Assembly (NCBI GenBank): GCA_001643675.2
Contig: LSRY02000013.1
Coordinates: 1,302,001 to 1,366,000, forward strand
DNA length: 64,000 nt
Origin: Monocercomonoides exilis PA203
Lineage: Eukaryota; Protista; Preaxostyla
Reading direction: 5' to 3'
Shown here one piece after another: positions 34,200 through 45,747 of this stretch; within the stretch, counting starts at the first letter, position 1; the number at the start of each line of letters is the position of its first letter. The translations under genes were made by a program, and so were the position numbers. The notes under the pieces are model-generated. The model made no database searches, was not told where the DNA came from, and was given only the letters and a program-made list of their open reading frames with translations.

Positions 34200-35600
34200 G
34201 AAAGCGGATAACTGATGAGCTTTCAAGAGACAATGGAACCCCGCTCTGGATAATGGGGAAGAAGGCAGATACACAAGCTCTGCTGCAGTTTCACTCGAAT
34301 ATGTTGAAACTGGGCCGGTAGAAAGAAATAACAGCAAAGAAAGAGCGCATCTTGCTTTAGAAGCATTCTGGCTGATTTATGATAGAAGAAGCAGAAGAAG
34401 AAGGAAATACGTACCGCACGGGATCCGCCGAGGAGGCAGTAGAAGGATAAGCGGGCCAATACGAAGGAAAAGCGGCAGCTGATGAGGGTGCAGTTGTTGA
34501 AAAAAGCGACAACAGCAACGAGAAAGTTGTGGCGAAGTGAACAGGGACAAGATTTCCAGAGGTTCAATCGACTCGCATGTCAGCAAGAGAGATATGGGTG
34601 TTGAAGAAAAAGGAGGCGAGGATTCAGAAGGCGTCGCCGATGGTGCGGTAGAAATGGAGTACGGCTGTGAAGAGTGAAGCGCAGGAGGCAAGCTGGGAGC
34701 ATCACGGCGGGCAAAGGAGACGATGTCTTGGTCGACGAATATCTGCTGGGCGCGTTAGAAGGTGATGAAGGGGAGAAGTTCGATATCTGCATCGAAATCC
34801 AAATCAAGATCGGGATGGGAGGAGTCGGAACTACAGTTTGAGGTGTTTGTGTCGAGGGAGGGCTGTGTGAAGTCGATGGAAAGGAGGGACTTGTTGATCT
34901 GGGCGGGGATGGAGGAGCACCGGAAAAAAACATCCTTGCCAAAATTGGCAGCGTTCAAGGCGAAGTGGATGTTGAGGATGAAGAGAGAGGCAGAGGTGTT
35001 TGCATACTTGGTATCGTTGACAAACAGCCCACTAACTCTTTCTGTTGTTTGGGAGCAGTTGTCCAGGTGGAGGATGCATGCTCACATTAACAGCAGCAAT
35101 TTCTTGCATAATAGAATAAATGATCGATATCCAGAGAGCAGTCCAGTACCCATATGCGCCGAAGTTCAAGCCTGTTTCTCAGTCAACAAACACCTTGCTA
35201 GTCATGTTGGTCCAGAAATATTCTACAGCAGGAAGGAATCCTGGAGCAGGATTTCTCCAGTTCGAATCCGTTGAGCTCGTCAAGGGAGCTCAGATTGGTG
35301 CTGGTTATGGTCCAGTTGAAATAATCGGTATCCACCACAACCAACAGAATGCTATCCGACACAAACACCTTTTTTCTTTTCCACTCATCACGTCCGGCAA
35401 ACACCACCTCTTCAAGTGTAAACTGCTTGGCAGTATCTACTGCTCCAAAGAGCACCTCGCAACCCAGTCCAGAGCTTTGAACCTGCCTCTATTTGTTGTA
35501 GCAGTTTCTTCTTTTAAGGACGAATCATAAATCAGTAGGACATCCTCTTCCACTAGCTCGGCTGCAACACCACCATCTCTGGTATTCGTTTGGTCCCTCA
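34200..35600 (-). pseudogene. Degenerate surface-family fragment
   Basis: Broken frames with family motifs, e.g. NAANFGKDVFFRCSSIPAQINKSLLSIDF, matching the GRDIFIKCWNISRQINETLFKLD motif of 37571-38038. Many stops. Boundaries approximate. Confidence 0.55.
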
Positions 35601-36707
35601 TTTCCTACCCTGCCTCGCCTCTTCAAACCCCTGCCATATTCACCAGCCCGCCGTCTCAACTTCAAGTCTGTATATGATCAAAAATCATTTTGCTTCCCTT
35701 CACAATGTTGTAGTCTGTGCACTCTGTTAGGAAAAATATGATGCTAGCAACTTCGTCCAGTATTTTGAAGTCGCTCATTATCGGTCTTTCTGATCCTAGT
35801 GTTATCAGTCAGAAGATCAACCTCTCCACATTTCCAAGTTGCAAGCTGCGACTTGCGTTGCACTATTAGAGTGACTGTTTTGTCTTTGAGGCTGAGCAAG
35901 CAGAACAATGAACCAAAAGCTGTCTAACTTTTGGATCAAATTATAAGTTAGAAGAATACTAATCATCAGTTGATACAGAGTTGTCTGTGAATTTAGAAGA
36001 TGAATAATCGTTTCAATGAAGCAATTGCAGCAAAGCAGTGGAAGACGTTGTCGGTCAGACAACAGATGGTGGAACCTAAAAGTGGGAAGTGGTAGAAGTG
36101 CCGTTGAAGAAGAAGCTTGAGGAAGATGAGAGAGAAGAAGAATGGATGTCTGTGAGGAAATCATAATTATACAAAGGAAGTTTAAGATTTATCTGAAATT
36201 GAACTTCTTAAATTGTGTTGCCTTTTCCTTTGCTTTTTCAAAGCAAAAATTTTCAATAACATTATTCGATCAATTTAATTGGAAAATCACTTTCGGAAAT
36301 ACATTTTGTTTAGTAAAACAAACACAATTCATTGTGTTTTTGATAAATGTTATTCATAATAACACATTTATATTACGAATGCTTTTGAAAATATGTTGTT
36401 TTCAGCAAATTATAAAAAAATTAACTAACAAATTTCAAATTTTCTTTTCAGAAACGTCATAACACAAATTTTTCAAATATTAAGATTGATAACGTTTTTA
36501 TGATAATTGTTATAATAATTTTTAAAACAGAAAACTTAAGTTTTGTCTGTTCATGGAAGTTTTGAATTTTTTGCAAAAATGTAATTTTTTAAAAATATGA
36601 AACAAAAAGTATAAAAAACAAATTCAAATCTACAATTAATTAATAAATATAAAATTTAAAACTATTTTTTCGAATAATTTAACAAAAAAACTTTCATAAT
36701 ATGAAAG

Positions 36708-36944
36708 TTTTTTGAAAAGTTCCTTTTGTTTAATTTTCTAATAAAATGAAAATTTCATTTTTCAATCAAATTTCTGTTCCCAGTCACGAAACTTTTCATG
36801 AATGGAAATAACAACATTGTTAAGATTTAACTTTCATGACAGCGAAATTTGGTGAGTGAGAACAAAAATTTGATCGAAAAATGAAATTTTTATTCAATTT
36901 GAAAATTAAACAAAAGGAACTTTTCAAAAAAATTTAGACATATG
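36708..36944. mobile_element. MITE copy 1 (~240 bp, long TIRs, one end truncated)
   Basis: TTTTTTGAAAAGTTCCTTTTGTTTAATTTTC ... GAAAATTAAACAAAAGGAACTTTTCAAAAAAATTTAGACATATG. Near-identical, in inverted orientation, to 41764-42013. Confidence 0.9.
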
Positions 36945-37084
36945 TTTGAAATTATTTGTTTTCAACAATTATTTCCGTTTCTTTATTCATGATAATTTAT
37001 AAGAATTTCAAATGAATCAAGGAGTTCTGCTTTTCGAAAGAGGCAAGAGATCAATTTTAATAACGCTTTGTTTTCTTCTTTCGA

Positions 37085-38038
37085 TTGAAGCTTCGCTATC
37101 TTATTGTTCAAAGATTTCACTGTAATTTCATGAAGTCTAGGAGTTTGAATGTGAAAGGGCTTAATATTGAGGTGAACAGGATGAAAAGCAATGTGATGGA
37201 TGTGGCGAGCATCTGCCGGTGCGACATTGTTAATGTGAATGTGTTCGGCATCATGATGGAGGATGGGTCAGTGATTGTGATGGAAGAACCCCTGCAGAGC
37301 GAAGGAAATCGAGAGAGTTATCTGAAGTTGAGGGACTCATCAATCCAACGAGTGACACGACTAGCTGGTGGAGCGAGTGTGCTGACTGTTCCAACAATGC
37401 TGGCGACTGATGTGGAGATTAACAACAGCGTGCTTAAAGTGTGTTCAGCTGGCGCTTCAGCGAAAGGGGGAGCGGTGTTTGCTGACCTGAGCAAGGAAAG
37501 CGTGATCCGAGTGGTGAATTCGAAGGTTATTCAGTGTGGATGCTCTGTGACGATGGGTTGAGGAGGGGGATTGTATATGGCGCTGAAGTATTCAGGGGAG
37601 CTGGGGATGCTGTTTGAGAGGGACGAGTTTGACTCGAACAGCGGAAAGGAAGGGAGAGACATCTTCATAAAGTGCTGGAACATCTCGAGACAGATCAATG
37701 AGACGCTGTTCAAGCTGGACTTGAGGGAGAGCGAATTTGTTCGATACAACGCGATATTTGTGGTTGACTCAGAAAGTTCAGAAGCAGTGGATCTGATGGA
37801 TTTCATTTTGATTTACCAATCAGAGACGATTGTTGTTTCATCGATTGAAGAGAAAGGAGGGAAGGATTTCAAGAAATGCGGGACAGCAAAAGATCCGTGC
37901 TATTCGATTGAATATGGTGTGACACATCTTGCAGCGAGCGATGATCTGCGCATTCGTATTGATGGAGCTGGGGAGATAGGAAATGAGTTGGAGCTTAAAT
38001 ATGTGTGTGTTCTTGTTAAAGAAAATGTTCCATTTTAA
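37085..38038 (+). pseudogene. Surface-family pseudogene fragment
   Basis: Two in-frame ORFs separated by TGA at 37559-37561 (TMG*GGGLY, where the family has GRGG). Motifs KGGAVF, GRDIF and CGT...PCYSIEYG. Confidence 0.8.
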
Positions 38039-39114
38039 GAATGAAATATGTGTTTTAATCAATTCCTTGAAAAGGTTTGTAAACACTATTATTTAAAACA
38101 AATTAAAAACTCAGAAAGTTCACAAAATAGCTTTGTTCAATTTGCTTCATTCACTTTGAAAAAATAAGAAAAGAATTTGAATGAAATTTCTGATCTCTTT
38201 TCTTTTTTAATTTAATTATAAAAAAACATTTCATTTGTAAAATCAATTTTTTTTTTTTTTGGAATAACGAATAACTTAGGATCAATCAATGAATATCAAT
38301 CGATAACAAATTCCATAATCCAGTATTGAAGATGATTATCCATAAATAGCGTACCATTTGGAGCATGAAGTCCAGCAATAACGCATGGAATCTATTCTTT
38401 TATTTGAAGATAGCTGAAAATAATGTTAATAGAAATTGAAATAACAGAAAACATTTCCAATACAAAATTATTTTCTTGAAGTTTATACTAACATTCATAA
38501 AAATCATCCGTTGATAATGAAAGTCAAAAATCAATTGTGCATTTTTGAAGAATTTCGATTATTCGAACTTCACTTTGTTGAAATTTGCAGACAGCGTTAT
38601 TTGTTAATTGATAAGGAAAGATTGCTGAATGGAATCGTGAGTTCAAAAAGGTTTACTAGCTGACTGTGAATTGGATCCGGCAAATGCGAAATACAAAGAA
38701 ATATGCTAATGGATAGGCTCAGCTATTGATTTTATCAACACAATAGTACAAATCAAATTCACAACTGTTTCAAATGAATCGAAAGGAGGGATGAAGATAA
38801 GATGATGAAACACCGCAATTGTGAAATGAGAACATGCAAGCAACGGTGAGCAGATCAAGGAATATCCTATAAACAGAAGAAACATTACATGCAGAAAAGA
38901 TGAAACACTGAATGTTGACAATCAGAAAAAAGGAAAAGGACTTCTCTCAAATTCAACTTATCATATTTTAAACAGAGTGCGCACAATATATAAATAAGAA
39001 AAAGAGAGAGGATTTCAGTTCTTTTTGCCTGCACTTGATTCAGATTTAATTTTTGAAGAATAAGAAGAAGGCGAGGAAGAAATTGCAGTACACTCTTCAT
39101 CAACAACAGAATAA

Positions 39115-39480
39115 AGCGATCTCATTTATGCAGAACATGGTCTTCCAAGTACTTCTTGTTTGCATATTTCCTCTTTGACTCCTCTTTGAATTCTTCTCTC
39201 TCTTCTTGCTCCTCGAGCACAAACAGCGCTGTCGATGCTGGTGACAGAGCCACATCTTCTACTCAATGCTCAGTTGCCTCCAGTCCTTTTTCCTCTATTG
39301 GCATTGCAATTCTTGCAGCAACCATTCGCCTAATCATTTAATGATCCGCTTCCACCTCTGAGTACCTCTTCTTCAGCTCCAAATGTTTTTTCTGAACAAG
39401 ATGCTCTCCAAAGTGATAAAAAGTTCCACGAAGTTTCAATTCCATTCAGTTCAGCAGCCCTATGCGTAACTTTTCACACA
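39115..39480 (-). mobile_element. Probable MULE/Mutator transposase relic
   Basis: Manual translation LKLRGTFYHFGEHLVQKKHLELKKRYSEVEADH*MIRRMVAARIAMPIEE resembles the MULE GC.FHF.Q...GL...Y...IR.L.AL..LP block. Several stops. Confidence 0.4.
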
Positions 39481-41383
39481 AGCGGTTGTTGTTCCCAATG
39501 TGAGAGAAAAGACAGCAGAAGTTGCATTGTGGCATACTGCAACTTAAAGCACATCAGTTATTTTTCACAATTTTATCACTCCAAGAAAAAATTGAAGTTA
39601 TTTTAGATAATCATAATCCCTTTGTTATGAAAGCATGAAAAATTTTCAAAAACACTTTAAATTGAGTGAGAAAATTTTTTCAACAAAAAATATTGATCCT
39701 AGGATCACTTTGATCTTAAATTTTCAAATAAATAATACTCTCGAAATAAGACTTTTCTGAATAAAAAAAGAGTATTATTGCAAAGACACCTAACGAATGA
39801 ATGCAAATTTTACAAAAAAGAGACAAAATATGAGGATGAAAAATCGAGTGTGTTTTTAACTCCCTAAGTTTCGTCAATTTTTTTCACTTTTAAAAAACTT
39901 CATTGTCTATTTATCCATTTATTTCATACATATAAACTTTCCTCAATTTAAATAAAAACTTTAAGAACAGTATAACTAAAATAAATGAATATTTTTAGTT
40001 TTCATTGATGTCCTTCAAGTTTCATTATGCCTGCATTGTGAGATGTTCATCCATCCAAGCTGCTTTTCGCAGAACTCTTAGAAGATATAACTTTTTGGTT
40101 TCAACTGAATATATTTATATTCAAGATGCATCCACTGATTAATATCAAAAGTTCCAATCTCAAGAAGCATGTAATCTTGTGTTTCCATCATATTCTGGTT
40201 AATATTACGTTTTTTGACCTTATTTTGAATGAGAAAGAATGAACAGGAGGTTGTCAATAAGCAGTTACTTGAAGGCACAGGATAAAATTTATATCAAACA
40301 GAAGAAAGCATAGTTGTTTCTGGAGAGAAAAATGATTTTTTAGAGGGAAATCATATTTGATAAAAGAATTATCACTAGAATATTTACTTCTTCATTCAGA
40401 TATAAAAAATCCACAAAACACAAACCATTTATATTTTTCCAACAAACATGTTTCAGACAACATTGGGAATGATGTCGAATTTCCTTTTTTAATATGGAGA
40501 AGAAATATCTCGAATTGATAATTTTCAACTGATGATTTGACAAAAAAGAAAGAGACATGAACTGAATGAGTAATAATAATTTTTTGTTGAAGCTTCAATT
40601 TCATTTCTCATTGGTTTTTTGAATGAATTTCATAATAATTCAAATTATAAAGATTCTTTTTGTCCTCACGTTTTTCAAGTTGCAAACATTAAATGTTTTT
40701 TTAACAGCATATCAGAAATTTTGAAAAAAAGCTATTTCAGATAACGAATATATTTAATAGTTATCTTTTACACTTATGAAACAAATATTGTTTTCTGCAT
40801 TCATTATTAAAATCACATTGATGTGAGCGAGTGTTACGGAATGATAGCAAAATAAGATAATCCTCAACAATGACATGGATACATAACGAAATGAAAATCA
40901 GATAATGAAAATCTGATTTTGGATAAGTCAAATGTTATCAACATTTTTTCATGTGAATAAAACGCAACAGCCAAAGAAGAGAATCTTCTGATATGGAAAA
41001 CAGCAATGTTCATGTTTCATTGTATGGAAACTCGGAGTTGCTGTTGAATGAGGTCAAATATATTTTTTAATAAAAAGTTGTTTAATATAGATGTTAAAAG
41101 AACTGTTTTTGTATATAGAAAAAATATAAAAATGAAAAAACAAACATTTCTCTTTCAGGAATTCTTTCGAGAAGATTCAACGACGTTAAAAGTTTAAAAG
41201 GAAAAAACCTTCAGTCTCCCAGTAAAAATGATTCTTTATCGTTTTTGTTCTTTCAAAAATAAGCAATCTCTCCTCATTAATAGAAAATTATTAATGACTT
41301 TTATAAATCTGTTTGCAATATTTTCTGTTTTTGGTTGGTTTGATCATATCCCAAAATTGACAACAGAGCAGTTGTAGTCGTTA

Positions 41384-44300
41384 ATGTCAAAAGAATCTTC
41401 GAAATCAAGATTTTCAAAACTTCCAACATCAACTCTTCATTCCAGAGCAGAGACGTTGTGGAATGAAGTTTTGAGAATTGGAGGAGATTCAAAGTTAGAC
41501 TTGTTTAATTATTTGTTCTGTCGATATGAAAAAGCTTCTTCAACAATGAAGAAACTTAAGAAGAAATTAAATTGTGTGTTTTGCTCATATGCTTCTTATT
41601 GATTCAGATTGTTTTTGAAACAATTCTTTTTATTGCAATTTTGTAGCTGATTATTATTTTTTGCTAAAGAATCTGTCAATTGCATATAACATTTCTCCAA
41701 CTCATTCGCAAACCACAATGCTTCAAGCTTTATCTCAAGTAATGTCCATCAGCCAAATGATCTCATATGTCTAAATTTTTTTGAAAAGTTCCTTTTGTTT
41801 AATTTTCAAATAAAATGAAGATTTCATTTTTCGATCAAATTTTTGTTCTCACTCACCAAATTTCGCTGTCATGAAAGTTAAATCTTAACAATGTTGTTAT
41901 TTCCATTCATGAAAAGTTTCGTGACTGGGAACAGAAATTTGATTGAAAAATGAAATTTTCATTTTATTAGAAAATTAAACAAAAGGAACTTTTCAAAAAA
42001 ATTGAGACATATGGATATAACGTAACTCAGGGGAAAGTCAATCATGCAAAGCAAACATTTGAACGAAACAGTTTAAAAAGAGTTCCACCAAAGCAACCCG
42101 TCGTTCCAAAATGCAAATCAGGTTTTTTGCTGTAAAATAAATTAATGTTCAAATTATTTGTATTAACATCTCCAATTTTTATTTTATTTTTATTTTATTT
42201 TTATTTTTATTTTTTTTTTTTTTTGTTTATTTATTTGTTGGTTCAAAAGGTCTAAATGAAGAAGAGTGGAATAAAGGAAATAGTTGAATGATTAATCACT
42301 CTACAGAAATTTCAACTTCTTCTCGGACAAAGCAAATCAAAAAAGTCCCAAAAGATTATGAAAAGTTTGTTGATAAGTCTTTTTAGAACGATATTATTTC
42401 TGTTCAGAGTAATAAAACAAATGAATTGCAAAATAACAATCCTCATCTTCAAAGTAATCTTACAACAAAAATTCAAATGTTCCCAAATACTGCCTATAAT
42501 GAGGTGAACAGAATTCAAAACAAGAATCATATTTTCAATAAGGAAATAATGGATCACAGGAATCAAACAAACAAAAAAGAGAACAATAATAACAACTCTA
42601 CAAAGCAATACGAACAAAATATTATTCGTGATTTTCCATCTCCTTTTTTGATTCCTCCGATTCCTGCTAACATTTCTGAACAAATTGAAGGACCATCCAA
42701 GATTCACGATCTCACAAGCAATAATATTCAATTGAGGCAATTCTCAAGGAATGGTTTACAGAACTTGGGAAACACGTGCTATTTGTCCTCAATCTTACAA
42801 TGTTGGACGTCTGTGTTAATGCAACAAAAGACTATTGCTATTCGAAACAATGGTGGTGACAAATTATCAAATCTGTTGAATAATGTCTGTGATGAATTGG
42901 CCAATGATAAGAAACCAATTGTAACTTGGAATAATGAACTCATCGATTCATGGGATAGTTTTCTTGATCTTGGTAAAAGGGAACAGCAGAATGTTACAGT
43001 GGGTTATGAACAACTGATGTATTTATTCAAAAGTGACAATCAAATAACAAACAAAGATGTTTCACCTGCAATAATAAGATGTTCCAAATGTGAATTCTGT
43101 GGCAGCACTTCCGAGAAGATCGATTTAAATGCGTACAGCTTTATTATCAACAGTTCTTCTGTCATTGATGGACTAAACAGTTTGTTTTGTTATGAAAAAT
43201 TATCATCATCAAACAAAGTCAAATGCAAATCATGTCACGAAATGAATAGAGCTTCTCGTTACATCAGAATCACTTCATTTCCAAACGTTTTAGCAATGTC
43301 TCATGAAACTAAAAATCCATTCTTTTCGCCACCACATTTGAATATTTCGTTTGCATCAAGTGAAATTCACCAAAAGGTTACAGTTTCAAGTACAACTTCA
43401 GAATTCCTTCAGTCATTTGAAGACTCACATGAATGTCCTTCATATCAACTCGTGGGACAAGTTCTATTCAAAAACATAGATGAATCTCATGGTCATTACA
43501 TTTCCATTGTGAAAGGATGCAGATCGAATGAAAGTTTGTGGTTTTTGTGTAATGATTCATATACTCAATCAATAAATGAAAGAAATCTCAACAGCACATT
43601 TTGTTCTCTTTTTCAAAAAGGTTACAGATCATCTTTATCCTTCTATACGAAAAAATACAGTGATGTGCACGGACATGAACAAAGAAGGGGAGGAATGTTA
43701 CCCAAATCTCAATCAATTCAAGCTATTTCTTCTTATTCTCCAAACAATTCGTATTCAACTAATTCCACTAACAAACAAACAATTGCCGACTCCACTTTCA
43801 ATTTGCTTCCCAAATGTATTTCACTCCGTGATCATTTCACAAGAAGCAAACAAAAAGTTAGAGTATTTTCTCCTTTCGAAAAGAGACTAATTTCGAAACC
43901 TAAAACCAAATTATGGGAGGATTTTACTAAAGAAACACACATTAACGTGTCGCTTTCATACTTTTACAGACTCACTACACAGTTTTCAAAACCAAAAAAA
44001 CGAACAGATGTGTGCGACCTTTGCCAAAGACTGAATTATTTGGAAAACAAACGAAAATCGTTACCACCTAATGCAAATCTTTCAAAAAAAGATATGGAGC
44101 AACTTGCTGCATTGAACATTCACAAGAAAACATCCGAATGGCAGCGCATTCATTTCAATAAAACTGTATCTTCGCTTTCTGAAAAAGAACTTGTTTGCCT
44201 TTTCGATTTTAAGGAAAAGTGGAAACTTCCTCTTTGCAATGTTCAACTCCAGAAAGAATTCTTCAACTACACACAAATATCTCAATTTACTATCATCACA

Positions 44301-45122
44301 TTTCATTTTCAGGATAACGAATATAAAAAAAACACATTCAATTTCTTTTCTGATTCTCTGTCAAACGATCATCAGTTCGTTATTGAATGTCTTCAATCTG
44401 TTTTGGAAAGACCGCTTTTCAAACACATTCAAACCTTCAAATTCTTCTGCGATTCAGGAGCTCATTATCGCAATCGTTTCGTTTTGCATTTCATTCTTTC
44501 TCATTCAACTCCACTTTTTCGTAACAAAAAATGCGAACTCAGCTTTTTTGGGGAGCATCACGGTAAAAATTATTGTGATTCGGAGTTTGGAACCTTGGTG
44601 AACGCCATCAACAATAATCTTCCATCGAAAGCAATTCAATCACTTCAAAATTTGATTGATTTCTTTTCAGTTCAATTTTGTTCATCTTCAACAAGTATTC
44701 ACAAAACGTTGTTTCCTTTTGCTTCAGAACTATCAAATCTTCAATCTTCAATTCAAAATAAGCATATTGAGTATAATGTTCATAACAGATATTTCGAAAA
44801 ATATGTTCCAAAACAGCGTTCATTTTGGCCTTCGTTACAAATCTATCACATGAAAGATTATTAATATTTTGAGAAGTAAGGGAAATTCATTGGTGCATCA
44901 GCAGTTGGCTATCTGCCGCAACGATCATTAATTGAAATTGGATCGACTTCATAAAAAGAAAAAATCAAAGATTTCAAAAGCAAAAAGGTAGTCAACAATG
45001 ACATAGCTTCATCTTCACTATCCCAACAATCGTTTAATTTAATTAGCAGGCGATGTCGCCTTTTGAAAGATTTTTCAGTTTTTAAATGTTCATTGAATAA
45101 AGAGATTTCTGTTTTTGAGTAA
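41384..45122 (+). mobile_element. Sola-like DDD transposase gene with an internal USP (peptidase C19) domain. Proposed introns 41574-41646 and 42122-42249. Disrupted by a MITE and five stops, all outside the intact 42426-44864 core
   Basis: USP Cys box GLQNLGNTCYLSSILQ (Cys 42777), His box GHY (43494) and WFLCND (43551). Transposase motifs VSLSYFY...KPKKRTDVCDLC, FDFKEK (D 44205), FSDSLSND, CDSGAHYRN (D 44451) and FFGEHHGKNYCDS (D 44577). Upstream exons join in frame once the introns and MITE are removed. TIRs not identified. The superfamily call rests on recalled motif patterns. Confidence 0.75.
41764..42013. mobile_element. MITE copy 2 (250 bp including CATATG at both ends), inserted in an exon of the USP-transposase gene
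   Basis: TIRs of about 80 bp: CATATGTCTAAATTTTTTTGAAAAGTTCC ... GGAACTTTTCAAAAAAATTGAGACATATG. Confidence 0.93.
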
Positions 45123-45636
45123 AATGAGACTTAGTTTATATGTGCTGTGCATGCTTCGACTGCATTCATCGGAAGGGTGCAGTACTAGGTTGTATTCATA
45201 AATGGTGTAGATAGCTACTGCATCATTCGGACTTGGATACGTATTTCTTCCTCCCAGGTGCACAAAACACATTGATCCGAATTATTCTTTTTTATTTTTT
45301 TTTATTTTTGTTTTTTGATCCTGATAAAGAATATCAGAAGCTTATTGGATATCGAAAATTTATGAAAGACTTCTCAACGATCAGAAAGCTTTGAAAAAGG
45401 AACATATTAGAAAAGAAAAACGATATTCAATTCCTTCTCTTTTATTTGAGATCACGATCAATGGGTCATCGCCCAGGATCAATGTGGTAGTGATGTGAGG
45501 GTTTATGCATTTGTTTGAAAAATCAAAACTTTGCGTTTTTAAAAACAAATTAACGCTAAGAAAAGGAATTGTGGAACACAAGACAATGTAAAAAACTTAT
45601 ATAAAAGAGGGGTTGGGAGTGAAAACGGTGGTGGGA

Positions 45637-45743
45637 AAAAGAGAAGGAATTGAATATCGTTTTTCTTTTCTAATAAAAGTGCATAAGCACCTTTATTTTC
45701 AAGAAAAACATCCATTCAATTCCTTCTCTTTTATTTGAGATCA
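45637..45743. repeat. DIRS internal complementary region (ICR)
   Basis: The first half is the reverse complement of the left terminus and the second half is the reverse complement of the right terminus. They join at CTAATAAAAG. Confidence 0.92.
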
Positions 45744-45747
45744 AATG

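Noticed and set aside
42285-44954. Stop-codon reassignment (TAA/TAG = Gln, as in some oxymonads) to explain in-frame stops at 42384, 44862, 44877, 44952 and 23894
   Set aside because: Thousands of codons in the long ORFs use CAA/CAG for Gln with no internal TAR, and in-frame TGA stops also occur (42285, 37559). Ordinary decay or base error is simpler.
41213-45131. AGTCTC / GAGACT as TIRs of the USP-transposase element
   Set aside because: Only 6 bp match and there is no consistent TSD. Element ends remain undefined.
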